From Nanobdellati archaeon (GTDB lineage Archaea > EX4484-52 > GLR71), in contig JAHYJR010000007.1 of NCBI GenBank assembly GCA_019429005.1, positions 1-53,762 on the forward strand: DNA of 53,762 nucleotides, given 5' to 3'. The notes beneath the pieces were generated by a model. That model was not told where the DNA came from. It did no database searches and saw only the letters and a list, made by a program, of their open reading frames with translations. Position numbers and translations under genes: made by a program. Of this stretch, positions 1 to 9,364 are shown piece by piece. Numbering within the stretch: position 1 is the first letter of the stretch; each line of letters begins with the position of its first letter.

Positions 1-140
1 TAAACTATCAAACTTAAACTATCAAACTTAAACTATCAAACTTAAACTATCAAACTTAAACTATCAAACTTAAACTATCAAACTTAAACTATCAAACTTA
101 AACTATCAAACTTAAACTATCAAACTTAAACTATCAAACT
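1..140. repeat. Perfect tandem repeat, 10 x 14 bp (TAAACTATCAAACT)
   Basis: Unit repeats exactly from base 1 to 140 with no spacers and abuts the mre11 stop codon. It may extend beyond the window. Confidence 0.97.
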
Positions 141-1370
141 TTAATTATCAATCTTATAATTATCCATTATCATAGACTCAGCCTTATCTATATCCCCTTC
201 TGATAACAGATTAAACAGCCCATATATTTCAATATCAAGCTTTAATTCTTTAGCTTTTGATTTCAATATATCAAGACCAAGGTCATCTATAGACATACGA
301 TTCTCACGCATATCATTAAAGAGTTCAATCTTTTTCTTTAGATCTTTATTTTCAAGATTATTCTTTATAGACAGTATAATATCTGGATGAGTTTTAGACA
401 TATCCGAAAAAAGCATTTTTTCACTATGATCCACAACACCATTAATTTTTATGCGTACAATTGGTTTTTTATTATATTTTTGATCTTCAATCTGTTGAAT
501 CTCATCTAAAACTTTATTTTTAATCATCTTAGAATCAAGACCAGTACAATCAATCTCACAATATATGATTGGTCTTGTATTTTTAAGTTCAACAAAATCC
601 ATTTTCCTTGTAACAGTATCAAGTATAAACACACCCTTAGGTGTTTCAGATTCACTTTTCCTTATCTGTGTTGTAACTGTTGAACCTGGCAAAAGAAGAA
701 TTGTCTTATTATCACGACCAATCATAGACATATTTGACCAATGTATATGACCATTTATAATCATATCATAACCTTTAGGTAAATCTTCAAGATCTAATGC
801 GGGCGTATGCTCATCTGTATACATATATTGTTTCAAAGACTGATGCATCATAAAAACATTAAATGCACCCTCAATAGGTTTAGGTTCAAGCTTTTCAAGT
901 ATCTGCTTAGTATATCCTTCAGGAACACCACTCATGCCATATATAGCAACAATCTCACATGTCACTTTATCCTTATATACAACATAGTCACCATGAAGAT
1001 GTATTACAAAACCAGTATTATCAAGAAGTTCAATAGGATTAACTTGCCCTTTACCACGCCTTTCATGAGTACCGTGTATTGCAACTACAGGAATACCTGC
1101 TTTATTAAATTTATGAACTTTATTTTTTTTTGAAATTTCTAAAATCTCAAGATTAGATGAATTAAACTTTGGTATAAAAAATAATTTTAACGCTTCAGAC
1201 CATACTTCCTGTTTAGGTACTCTTGAATCAAACAAATCACCTGCAAGAAGTATAAGATCACAATCTAAAGATATCTCAAATGCCTCTTTTGCCTGAACAT
1301 ATGCATCCGAAGCAAGCTCATTATCATAATTGTAACCAAAATGAGTATCTGAAAAAATCGCGATTTTCAT
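141..1370 (-). CDS. mre11: DNA double-strand break repair nuclease Mre11
   Basis: Metallophosphoesterase motifs SDTH, GDLFD, HGTHE, MHQ, GHIH and PGS, followed by a capping domain; 409 aa. Confidence 0.9.
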   Translation of the reverse strand: MKIAIFSDTHFGYNYDNELASDAYVQAKEAFEISLDCDLILLAGDLFDSRVPKQEVWSEALKLFFIPKFNSSNLEILEISKKNKVHKFNKAGIPVVAIHGTHERRGKGQVNPIELLDNTGFVIHLHGDYVVYKDKVTCEIVAIYGMSGVPEGYTKQILEKLEPKPIEGAFNVFMMHQSLKQYMYTDEHTPALDLEDLPKGYDMIINGHIHWSNMSMIGRDNKTILLLPGSTVTTQIRKSESETPKGVFILDTVTRKMDFVELKNTRPIIYCEIDCTGLDSKMIKNKVLDEIQQIEDQKYNKKPIVRIKINGVVDHSEKMLFSDMSKTHPDIILSIKNNLENKDLKKKIELFNDMRENRMSIDDLGLDILKSKAKELKLDIEIYGLFNLLSEGDIDKAESMIMDNYKIDN

Positions 1371-1625
1371 ACAAAATGATTACAATATAAATTATAAAAA
1401 ACTGATTATTATTAAAAAAACTGAAAAAAAATATTATGTATAACTAAGAACGTATTTGAACAACAATAAAATAATAGTCTATATAATTGATACAAAAAAT
1501 ACGAAAGATTGTATAATATATACAATAATAGAATATTTCAGTGAGGCAAATATATATAGAGAATTAAACAATTAATAAACAGATATGTTACATATGCAAC
1601 ATGTTGCGTTACTTACATATCTACT

Positions 1626-1731
1626 GTGGTTGGGTGGATAGAAAAAAATTTCAAGGAAATGTTCCAAATATCTCACTTAAGAGATTAAAGATTTATGCTT
1701 TTCAGTCCACCTAATCCAGGGGTTCTAAACA
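1626..1731 (+). other. Repeated GC-rich hairpin element, copy E1 (candidate ncRNA, cis-element or MITE)
   Basis: GTGGTTGGGTGGATAGAAAA pairs with TTTTCAGTCCACCTAATCCA. The 15-mer CCACCTAATCCAGGG (1707-1721) is identical to 21449-21463. Confidence 0.55.
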
Positions 1732-1735
1732 ATTT

Positions 1736-2293
1736 TTAATTTTTCTTATTACTTTTTTTAATTTTAACTTTTTTCTTTTGATATTCTGTAAAAAAATCAA
1801 TCTCTGAATTTAACGATTTTATAAGATCTGGATTATCATTATTATCAGATATAGCCTGTTTAAGATAATCTAAAGTATATTTAAGATTTAAACCGCCATT
1901 ATGTACTTTTAATGCGTTTTTCTTAATTTCTTTAAGTTTCCTTGCAAGTTCCATCTTATGCATCTTATTTTGTTTATTTTCACTCCGTTCAATAGTATAA
2001 TCTTTTATACCTTGTTTAAATGCCGATTTGGCACCAAGAAAGAAAAAATGCGATGCAATATTTACTTTTTTAATCTTATCAATATTTTCTTTAACTTTAT
2101 ATACACTCCAAATAGGAAAAAAGAAAGAATCCTGAATATTTCTTGCCATAATGCTTAACTGTGTCTGTTTTTTAAGGACTTTATCTTTCTTACGAGATTC
2201 TTTCAAAAATAAGACTTCTTTTTCATTTTTATTAACTGTATCAGTCTCAGATGTATTATCTTTAATATCTTCATTAGTATCATCATTAACCAT
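1736..2293 (-). CDS. Hypothetical lysine-rich protein
   Basis: Long ORF; ATG at 2293 preceded by GGTTTGA and a 5-nt spacer; no family recognised. Confidence 0.7.
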   Translation of the reverse strand: MVNDDTNEDIKDNTSETDTVNKNEKEVLFLKESRKKDKVLKKQTQLSIMARNIQDSFFFPIWSVYKVKENIDKIKKVNIASHFFFLGAKSAFKQGIKDYTIERSENKQNKMHKMELARKLKEIKKNALKVHNGGLNLKYTLDYLKQAISDNNDNPDLIKSLNSEIDFFTEYQKKKVKIKKSNKKN

Positions 2294-2437
2294 AAAAATC
2301 AAACCATATAGATATTTAGTACATTAAATATATTTATATCCTATATTAATATAAAAATAAAACAAAATAAATCATATCAATCATATAAAGATTAAAATAT
2401 AAATATCAACACACAAAACTGAGATAAGGTGTAATAT

Positions 2438-3895
2438 ATGACACAGAATGCAAACGACCTAGGGATTACAATTAAAAAAGAAGATAACTTTAGCGAATGG
2501 TATCTTGAAGTAGTTAGAAAAGGTAAATTCAAAGATCAAAGAACACCTATTAAAGGTCTAGATGTATTTATGCCATGGGGTTATGCATTATGGGAAAAAA
2601 TACAAGAAAACATCAATTTAAGTCTCAAAAAAATGGATGTTAAAAATATGTATTTTCCGCTATTAATACCTGAAAGTCTCTTAAAAAAAGAAGAAGAACA
2701 TTTTAAAGGATTTACAGTTGAGGCTGCAACCGTAACAGAAGTTGGAAAAACAAAATTAAATGAAAAACTTATAATAAGACCAACATCAGAAACAATAATG
2801 TATCATATGTTTTCACAGTGGATCAGAAGTTACAGGGATTTACCTCTTAAAATCAACCAATGGTGCAATGTAATTAGATGGGAAACAAAAGCAACAAAAC
2901 CATTTATAAGAGACAGAGAATTCTTATGGCAAGAAGGTCATACGGCACATGAAACAAGAGAAGACGCAGTAGAGCAAGTTAATAATTCGGTTGAAATGTA
3001 TTCAAAACTTTATGAAATGCTTGCACTTTCAGCACTTGAACTTCAACGTACACCCGCAGATACTTTTGCAGGTGCTGATTATACAGTTGCTTTAGATACA
3101 CTTGTAGACGACGGAAAAGTATTCCAAGGTCCAGGTACCCACCTTCTTGGACAAAATTTTTCAAAACCATTTGATGTCAAATTTGAAAACAAAAATGAAA
3201 AAACCGAATATGTATGGCAAACAAGTTGGGGTGTATCAACAAGACAAATCGGTGGAATACTTATGCAACATGGCGACAATAAAGGTGCTGTACTACCACC
3301 ACAGATTGCACCAATACAAGTTGTAATTACACCTATAATATTCAAAAATAAAAAAGAACCAGTCATAAAAGCTTCAGAAAAACTTCTAAAACAGCTTGAA
3401 AAAATAGGAATACGCACAGAAATTGATCAACGAGAAGAATATTCTTCAGGGTTCAAATTCAATGAATGGGAACTAAAAGGTGTACCTATACGAATTGAGA
3501 TTGGTCCAAGAGATGTTGAAAACTCGCAAACAATTGCTGTACGTCGAGATACTGGAGAAAAAATAACAATAAAAGAAAATGATAGCAAACACATCGAAAA
3601 AATACTTGATGACATACAAAATGCTCTTAAAACTAAAGCAAAAAACGATCTTTACGACAAAATATTTAATACAAAAGACAAAGCTGAATTTGATAAAATA
3701 ATAAAATCAAAGAAAGGTGGTTTTATAAGAGCAAATTGGTGCGGTAATCCTGTTTGTGAAAAAAAGGTCAAAGAAGATACAAATGGTGTTGAAATCAGAG
3801 GTACATTATATAACAAAAAAGAAAAAGTGTTTGGTACCTGCCTATATTGCAATAAAGAGGCAAAAGAAGTAGTATATCTTGCAAAAGCATACTAA
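2438..3895 (+). CDS. proS: Proline--tRNA ligase (archaeal/eukaryote type)
   Basis: RPTSET, FLWQEGHT, QTSWGVSTR, anticodon-binding domain, C-terminal Zn site and AKAY end. Confidence 0.97.
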   Translation: MTQNANDLGITIKKEDNFSEWYLEVVRKGKFKDQRTPIKGLDVFMPWGYALWEKIQENINLSLKKMDVKNMYFPLLIPESLLKKEEEHFKGFTVEAATVTEVGKTKLNEKLIIRPTSETIMYHMFSQWIRSYRDLPLKINQWCNVIRWETKATKPFIRDREFLWQEGHTAHETREDAVEQVNNSVEMYSKLYEMLALSALELQRTPADTFAGADYTVALDTLVDDGKVFQGPGTHLLGQNFSKPFDVKFENKNEKTEYVWQTSWGVSTRQIGGILMQHGDNKGAVLPPQIAPIQVVITPIIFKNKKEPVIKASEKLLKQLEKIGIRTEIDQREEYSSGFKFNEWELKGVPIRIEIGPRDVENSQTIAVRRDTGEKITIKENDSKHIEKILDDIQNALKTKAKNDLYDKIFNTKDKAEFDKIIKSKKGGFIRANWCGNPVCEKKVKEDTNGVEIRGTLYNKKEKVFGTCLYCNKEAKEVVYLAKAY

Positions 3896-3901
3896 AAGGA
3901 A

Positions 3902-4381
3902 TTATCTATTACGGCGATCCCATAGTTCATGTGCTAAGATATTTGAAAATGTCCCACCAAGAAAGGCAAGAGTCACTTGATTTACACTGCCACCATCAAT
4001 ATGGATATTACTAACATAATTATAAACTGGTTTTAAAATATTAGTATAGATAGACTCAAAACAAATGTCTTTATACTCATTTACTCCGTATAAAAACATT
4101 TCACAATTTCCAATAAAAGGCTCCAAAATATCATTATCAACACCATCAAACAAATATGACGCAAATGATATGTCTGACATATCAAAATCACTTTGTTTTA
4201 CAAAAACACCCAATGCAAGAATACCAACACCAAAAGCAACTTTATTATAAGATTTATATGATTTTTTAGAACGCAATTTTAAACAATCATAATTAAAATC
4301 AGGATTTCCAAAAATATTATCTTTATAACCCATCCAACCACAAAAATAATTTATCAAACAAGTCTTTATGATATTTAGCAA
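3902..4381 (-). CDS. Hypothetical protein, possibly membrane-associated
   Basis: 159-aa ORF filling the gap, with two hydrophobic stretches; start uncertain. Confidence 0.55.
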   Translation of the reverse strand: MLNIIKTCLINYFCGWMGYKDNIFGNPDFNYDCLKLRSKKSYKSYNKVAFGVGILALGVFVKQSDFDMSDISFASYLFDGVDNDILEPFIGNCEMFLYGVNEYKDICFESIYTNILKPVYNYVSNIHIDGGSVNQVTLAFLGGTFSNILAHELWDRRNR

Positions 4382-4650
4382 CCACTTACGATAGTGACTA
4401 ACTGATTTTTTACTAATATCACACTATAACATTATGTTTAATAGATTGATATAATATGCATAAGTCAATCACAAGAATACTTATAAAGACCACAAAATAT
4501 ATAAATAAATAGTCATTTTTCCGAAACATTTATAAAGCTTTTTTTAAATATTAGATAAACTGACATATAAGACCAAAATATTTAAAAAGATATCTGTTAG
4601 TTTAATTTATTACTATTAAATAATACATAATTAATTTTAAGGTGCTCATT

Positions 4651-5613
4651 ATGGAAATAGAAAATACTAAATGTCCCGAATGTGGATTTAATAATTTTGA
4701 AAGAGACGAATCAAAAGGTGAACTCATTTGTATGAAATGCGGTGCAATCGTAAATATAGATATGGTTGACACTAGCCCTGAATGGAGAGCATTTGATGTC
4801 GAACAGAAATCAAAAAGAACACGAACTGGAGCACCAATGACCTTTACAAAACACGATAAGGGTTTTTCAACAGAAATCGGAAGCAGTACAGCAGAATTAT
4901 ATAAGGTTCCTGTTAAAAAAAGAGCACAATATTATAGGCTTAGAAAATGGCACAAAAGACTTACAAAATCAAAAGATAGAAACTTGAGTTATTCTTTCTC
5001 TGAACTTGTAAGACAGATTTCATATTTAAATCTAAGTTCAAGCGTTCATGAAGAAGTCGCAAGACTCTATGAAAAAGCAGTAACAAAAGGTCTTGTGAGA
5101 GGACGTTCAATGGAAAGCATAATCACAGCATTGATATATGCAATTGCTAGAGAACATGGAAGTCCAAGAACTCTTTCAGAACTTTCTGCAGCATCCGGTA
5201 TTGAAAAAAGAGAAATCGGAAGAGCTTACAGATACATTGCAAGAGAACTTAAGATTAGAATATTACCTGCAACAGCAAAAGAATACATACCAAGATTTTC
5301 AAGTCTTTTAGGTCTTTCAGGCGAAGTTCAAGCAAGATCTAAAGAAATACTTGACAAAGCAGCAGACGAAGATATCATCTCTGGAAAAGGTCCAACAGGT
5401 ATTGCAGCTTCAGCATTATATATAGCTGCAGTTCTAGGTGGCGAGAAAAGAACACAGAGAGATATAGCAGATGTTGTCGGTGTAACTGAAGTTACTATTC
5501 GGAACAGGTATAAAGATCTTGTCGAAAAATTAGGAATCGAAGAAGAAGTCGAGAAGAAAGCAGCTGAGACTGAAAAACGTCAGAACAAAAGGGTTGAAGA
5601 TAAAATTCTTTAA
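4651..5613 (+). CDS. tfb: Transcription initiation factor IIB
   Basis: Zn ribbon CPEC..CMKC, PEWRAF B-reader, two cyclin repeats (GKGPTG, VTEVTIRNRY). ATG 4651 follows an AGGTG SD. Confidence 0.97.
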   Translation: MEIENTKCPECGFNNFERDESKGELICMKCGAIVNIDMVDTSPEWRAFDVEQKSKRTRTGAPMTFTKHDKGFSTEIGSSTAELYKVPVKKRAQYYRLRKWHKRLTKSKDRNLSYSFSELVRQISYLNLSSSVHEEVARLYEKAVTKGLVRGRSMESIITALIYAIAREHGSPRTLSELSAASGIEKREIGRAYRYIARELKIRILPATAKEYIPRFSSLLGLSGEVQARSKEILDKAADEDIISGKGPTGIAASALYIAAVLGGEKRTQRDIADVVGVTEVTIRNRYKDLVEKLGIEEEVEKKAAETEKRQNKRVEDKIL

Positions 5614-5640
5614 TCACTTTTTTTATTTTTCTTTAATCTA

Positions 5641-5720
5641 TTTTTTTATTTTTTTTATAATAAAATTTTAGATTTTTTTTATTTTTTTTATAATAAAATT
5701 TTAGATTTTTTTTATTTTTT
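5641..5720 (+). terminator. T-rich terminator region duplicated as about 2.4 x 33 bp
   Basis: T7-8 A T8 ATAATAAAATTTTAGA repeats in tandem just after the tfb stop codon. Confidence 0.6.
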
Positions 5721-6006
5721 AATAATCACTTTTTATTTTAAGCATTTTAATTCTATTTTAGACAATATTTAACATTTTTATTTGATCATATATCATATTC
5801 TCAAAAAAAAGGACATTTAATTTCAAATACAAGCGTTTTAAGACCTTTAAATTAGATATTTTAAACTTCTTTTTAATACCAAACCTATATTATTTAATTT
5901 ATTTGTTACTATTATATACTAAATTATAGAAAACTTTATAAACAGAAGAAGTTAATATAATTTTACTAACTAAGAGTAACAATTAAATATGATTTATGGT
6001 GATTTT

Positions 6007-6204
6007 ATGGAAGTTGATCAGGTAAAAACAATGATGCGTTTGGCTAAAGAATCGGGTAACTTAAGAGATCTTGAGAGACTTGAAAAGATTATGAAATTTC
6101 AAACACCTAATTTCAGGTATCCTGAAAAAAGAAGAAGATCTCTATTTGGAAATAATTTCTGGGAAACAGCAATTAAAAACAACAGAATTACACCAAGAGA
6201 TTAA
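6007..6204 (+). CDS. Small hypothetical protein (65 aa)
   Basis: GGTGA SD 4 nt before ATG 6007. Confidence 0.65.
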   Translation: MEVDQVKTMMRLAKESGNLRDLERLEKIMKFQTPNFRYPEKRRRSLFGNNFWETAIKNNRITPRD

Positions 6205-6303
6205 ACAAAAACAGATAGAAACAACACAAAATTAGATTACTACAATAATTTTTTAAAAAAATAGTAATCACAACATAAAAAAATATACATAAACGGTGTG
6301 AAA

Positions 6304-6435
6304 ATGACAAAATTATTTGAACTAATTAAAAAAAATATTGACGAACTAAATAATAAATCTGAAACAGATATGGCAAAACATATTATGTCTAAAGTAAATA
6401 AACAAATTATCAAAAAGATTGCAACAACAGCTTAA
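6304..6435 (+). CDS. Microprotein, 43 aa (MTKLFELIKKNIDELNNK...), not in the ORF track
   Basis: GGTGTGA SD-like motif before the ATG; amphipathic helical sequence. Confidence 0.55.
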   Translation: MTKLFELIKKNIDELNNKSETDMAKHIMSKVNKQIIKKIATTA

Positions 6436-6438
6436 TTA

Positions 6439-7614
6439 TTATTTTTTATCTTGAATCGATAAAATAAGCTCAGTTACATCTGCATCAGTTCTAATTCCAG
6501 TCGGTGTAAAATGAGTTTTTGATACAGAAAAACCTAGAGATTTTAGTTTTTCAATAATTATATCCATCTTAGGTATACTAAGACTATTTTTCTTACAAAA
6601 ATCATGCAAATCATAAAATAAATAATTAATCTTTGATTCTTCCATTACAAGATTAAGAAATTTATACATTTTAACAACATTCTTATCTTCACTCAATTCA
6701 GAATCAAAATTATCAAGAACAGACTTTAAAAAAGGGGAATCTGACATAGATCCAATCCATAAAGGTCCACCCGTCTGAATTGTTTTAGAGCATTTAGGGC
6801 ACGTAATTAAAGACTTGTCACTAGATAAAAACGTTCTAAACCCACAATGTGTGCAGTACGCAACATACCCTATATTTTTAAGTGAATTATCTGTTTTAGT
6901 CTTACCTTTTGTTGCAATTGCAAATATTCTAAAATAATGTTGATCTGAAAAACTCAATACTGGCATAAAAGCCTTATCATATCTTGAAACTGCAAAAGCT
7001 ACCTGACCCATAAGAATCCTAAGGCCAACTTCATGCATAATATCATGATGTAATGGCCTTGCACCATATTTTCTAAAACAAGCTTTGGGATAAGTACCAG
7101 AAAGTGGTGCAGTATCAGTTGCAGTAACAGCAATCATTGAATATCTACTTAAAGCCCTTGCAGCAGAATCCAAAAATATATTAGGCGAACCAAAAGGATC
7201 AATATCAACAAAATCAATTGAATCTTTATATCCTGATAAAAATTCATTTGCATCTAATAGAGAAAATTCAAGAGAATCAACATCATTTAAGATAGCATTC
7301 TCTTTTGCAAGATCTAATGCGGTTGGATTAAGATCATTAAGATAAACAACATCGCAACCAGATTCTTTCCTATATCGTATACCTCTAACACCTGATGCAC
7401 AAAAGACATCTGCAGCAAAAAAAGGATGTACTTTATCTTTTGTTTCTAATAACTTATTTTTTTGAGCTGAAAACTCATTCAATACAATAACAGATATATC
7501 CCTATTTAACCTCATCAAAGGGTTATAAAATACAGAATCCGACTTCTTGATATCTCCAGAATATATTCTAAATGAACATTTGCCTTCAATAATTTTTTGA
7601 GATTTATCTGCCAT
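6439..7614 (-). CDS. trm1: tRNA (guanine26-N2)-dimethyltransferase
   Basis: VFYNP..LNRD, ASGVRGIRY, DIDPFGSP, TATD, CxxC..CxxC finger, THFTPTGIRTDA. Confidence 0.96.
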   Translation of the reverse strand: MADKSQKIIEGKCSFRIYSGDIKKSDSVFYNPLMRLNRDISVIVLNEFSAQKNKLLETKDKVHPFFAADVFCASGVRGIRYRKESGCDVVYLNDLNPTALDLAKENAILNDVDSLEFSLLDANEFLSGYKDSIDFVDIDPFGSPNIFLDSAARALSRYSMIAVTATDTAPLSGTYPKACFRKYGARPLHHDIMHEVGLRILMGQVAFAVSRYDKAFMPVLSFSDQHYFRIFAIATKGKTKTDNSLKNIGYVAYCTHCGFRTFLSSDKSLITCPKCSKTIQTGGPLWIGSMSDSPFLKSVLDNFDSELSEDKNVVKMYKFLNLVMEESKINYLFYDLHDFCKKNSLSIPKMDIIIEKLKSLGFSVSKTHFTPTGIRTDADVTELILSIQDKK

Positions 7615-7675
7615 AAGAATCATAATAGAAATCAAATATAAAAATCTTAGTAAAAATTAAAAAAAATCACTTATT

Positions 7676-9310
7676 TTAGTGATCAATTAATTTTTTCTCT
7701 TCATAACTCTCTTTAGCAAGATCATCACGAACTCTCTCAAGAACAATATCATCCTCAGGTGGTTTTTTATTATCTTTTATCTTATCACCTTTTAAAGTCG
7801 CTTTAACAACATCATCTTTAATTATAGAATTTTTAACAGACTTGTCACCTTTAGGCTCTTTAAGTTCACCTGCATCTTTAAGTTCCTTAAGTTTCTTTCC
7901 AAGCACAAATATGAAACGTTTTGTATCTTCCTTAATCTCATAAATTTCACGCTCAGGAACCATCTCGGCTTGACCTTTCTTTGCAACAACCATAGCTTTT
8001 GCAATCTTTTCAAAAACAAATTCATGTTGTTCTTTAAGATCTGGGAATGTACTTGCCATCACTTTTGGAAGATCTTTAAGTTTCTCAGGTGGTTTTATAC
8101 CTTTAAGTTCAAGAGCACCAACATTTGCTCTCAAAAAAGTCTTATAAGTATCAAGCAGAATACTTGATTTTTTCTTTTGTTCAAGAACTTTCAAAAGCTC
8201 AACCATACGCTTAACAAACTGATCACAAATCTCTATATGTTCATCAACCTTAACACCAAGCCCTTTCAAATTTGCTTCATCATCATCATGTTCCATCTCT
8301 TTTGCAAATTTATGGATTTTATCTGCATAATCAACATATTTCTGCTCAAGAAGTTTCTGTTCAACAAAATAATGTTTTAATTGTTTTGATGTCGCTTCTT
8401 TTCCAGCTGGAATCTTTCCAATAAACATCAAAGGTGCCTGACCTGCTGCAGCCATTGCCTGTTCAAGGTAATGTGCGGCAGATTTCACTCTATATTGAGC
8501 CATCTTAAGATGTTGTGGTGCTATATGAATTCTTTTTGATACAGCTTCCATAGTGGTTGGAAGTTTACCTCGCTGAAGCATCCTTTTTGCAGGCATAAAT
8601 ACACCCACATCAAACACAGGAATACCATTCCGTAATACAACCATAACAAGGGGTTCTACACTCCGTATAGACTCCCAGAATTCAGTTAAAAACATAAATG
8701 CTTGTATTGTAATATTTTTATCAATTTTAGCTGCAATCTTTCTAAGATCAGCCCAAATACGATCTTTTACTTCTGCAGGAATATCATTTTCTAACTTTGT
8801 ATCATCAATAATAACAAAAGTGTCTATATCACTTGTCTCCTTATGATCCCCTCGTGCAGTAGAACCATAAACAACAACAGCTTTCAATGATTTCTTAAAC
8901 TCTTTTGCAAGTTCCTTAGCATATTTCTGTGCAATTTCAAACCTAAGCCTTTGACTTTCCTCTGTTGTTAATATTTTCTTATTTGTATCATCTTTTGTAT
9001 CTGATTTTACATCATCTTTTGTATCTGATTTTACATCATCTTTTGTATCTGATTTTACATCATCTTTTGTATCTGATTTTACATCATCTTTTGTATCTGA
9101 TTTTACATCATCTTTTATATCTGATTTTACATCATCTTTTGTATCTGATTTTACATCATCTTTTATATCTGATTTTACATCATCTTTTGTATCTGATTTT
9201 ACATCATCTTTTATATCTGATTTTACATCCTCTTTAGATACATCATCCGAAACAGAACTCTCTTTTTTATTATCTTTAACAACTGCTTTGGAATGGTCTT
9301 TTTCAGTCAT
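7676..9310 (-). CDS. Pol-beta-superfamily minimal nucleotidyltransferase (MNT) fused to HEPN-like helical domains, with an N-terminal charged repeat
   Basis: YGSTARG...SDID motif followed by all-helical domains; ATG 9310 follows an AGTGA SD. Confidence 0.8.
   Translation of the reverse strand: MTEKDHSKAVVKDNKKESSVSDDVSKEDVKSDIKDDVKSDTKDDVKSDIKDDVKSDTKDDVKSDIKDDVKSDTKDDVKSDTKDDVKSDTKDDVKSDTKDDVKSDTKDDTNKKILTTEESQRLRFEIAQKYAKELAKEFKKSLKAVVVYGSTARGDHKETSDIDTFVIIDDTKLENDIPAEVKDRIWADLRKIAAKIDKNITIQAFMFLTEFWESIRSVEPLVMVVLRNGIPVFDVGVFMPAKRMLQRGKLPTTMEAVSKRIHIAPQHLKMAQYRVKSAAHYLEQAMAAAGQAPLMFIGKIPAGKEATSKQLKHYFVEQKLLEQKYVDYADKIHKFAKEMEHDDDEANLKGLGVKVDEHIEICDQFVKRMVELLKVLEQKKKSSILLDTYKTFLRANVGALELKGIKPPEKLKDLPKVMASTFPDLKEQHEFVFEKIAKAMVVAKKGQAEMVPEREIYEIKEDTKRFIFVLGKKLKELKDAGELKEPKGDKSVKNSIIKDDVVKATLKGDKIKDNKKPPEDDIVLERVRDDLAKESYEEKKLIDH
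8987..9226. repeat. In-frame coding tandem repeat, 10 x 24 bp, encoding VKSD(T/I)KDD
   Basis: Unit ATCATCTTTTRTATCTGATTTTAC on the + strand. Confidence 0.97.
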
Positions 9311-9364
9311 AGGAATCACTTAGATATTTATTAAATTTGAACGTTATATATAATTAACGATTTA

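Noticed and set aside
1-140. CRISPR array or telomere-like end
   Set aside because: Units are contiguous with no spacers and are too short for CRISPR repeats. The flanking genes are ordinary chromosomal core genes.
1626-1731. E1/E2 as H/ACA guide RNAs, rRNA antisense, or ORB origin boxes
   Set aside because: E1 has an ACA, but I found no K-turn or convincing lower stem. The rRNA complementarity is short and cannot be tested without this organism's rRNA. There is no TTCCAGTGGAAA-type ORB consensus and no adjacent cdc6.
8965-9237. 90-aa LLYLILHH repeat ORF on the + strand
   Set aside because: Antisense shadow of the 24-bp coding repeat.
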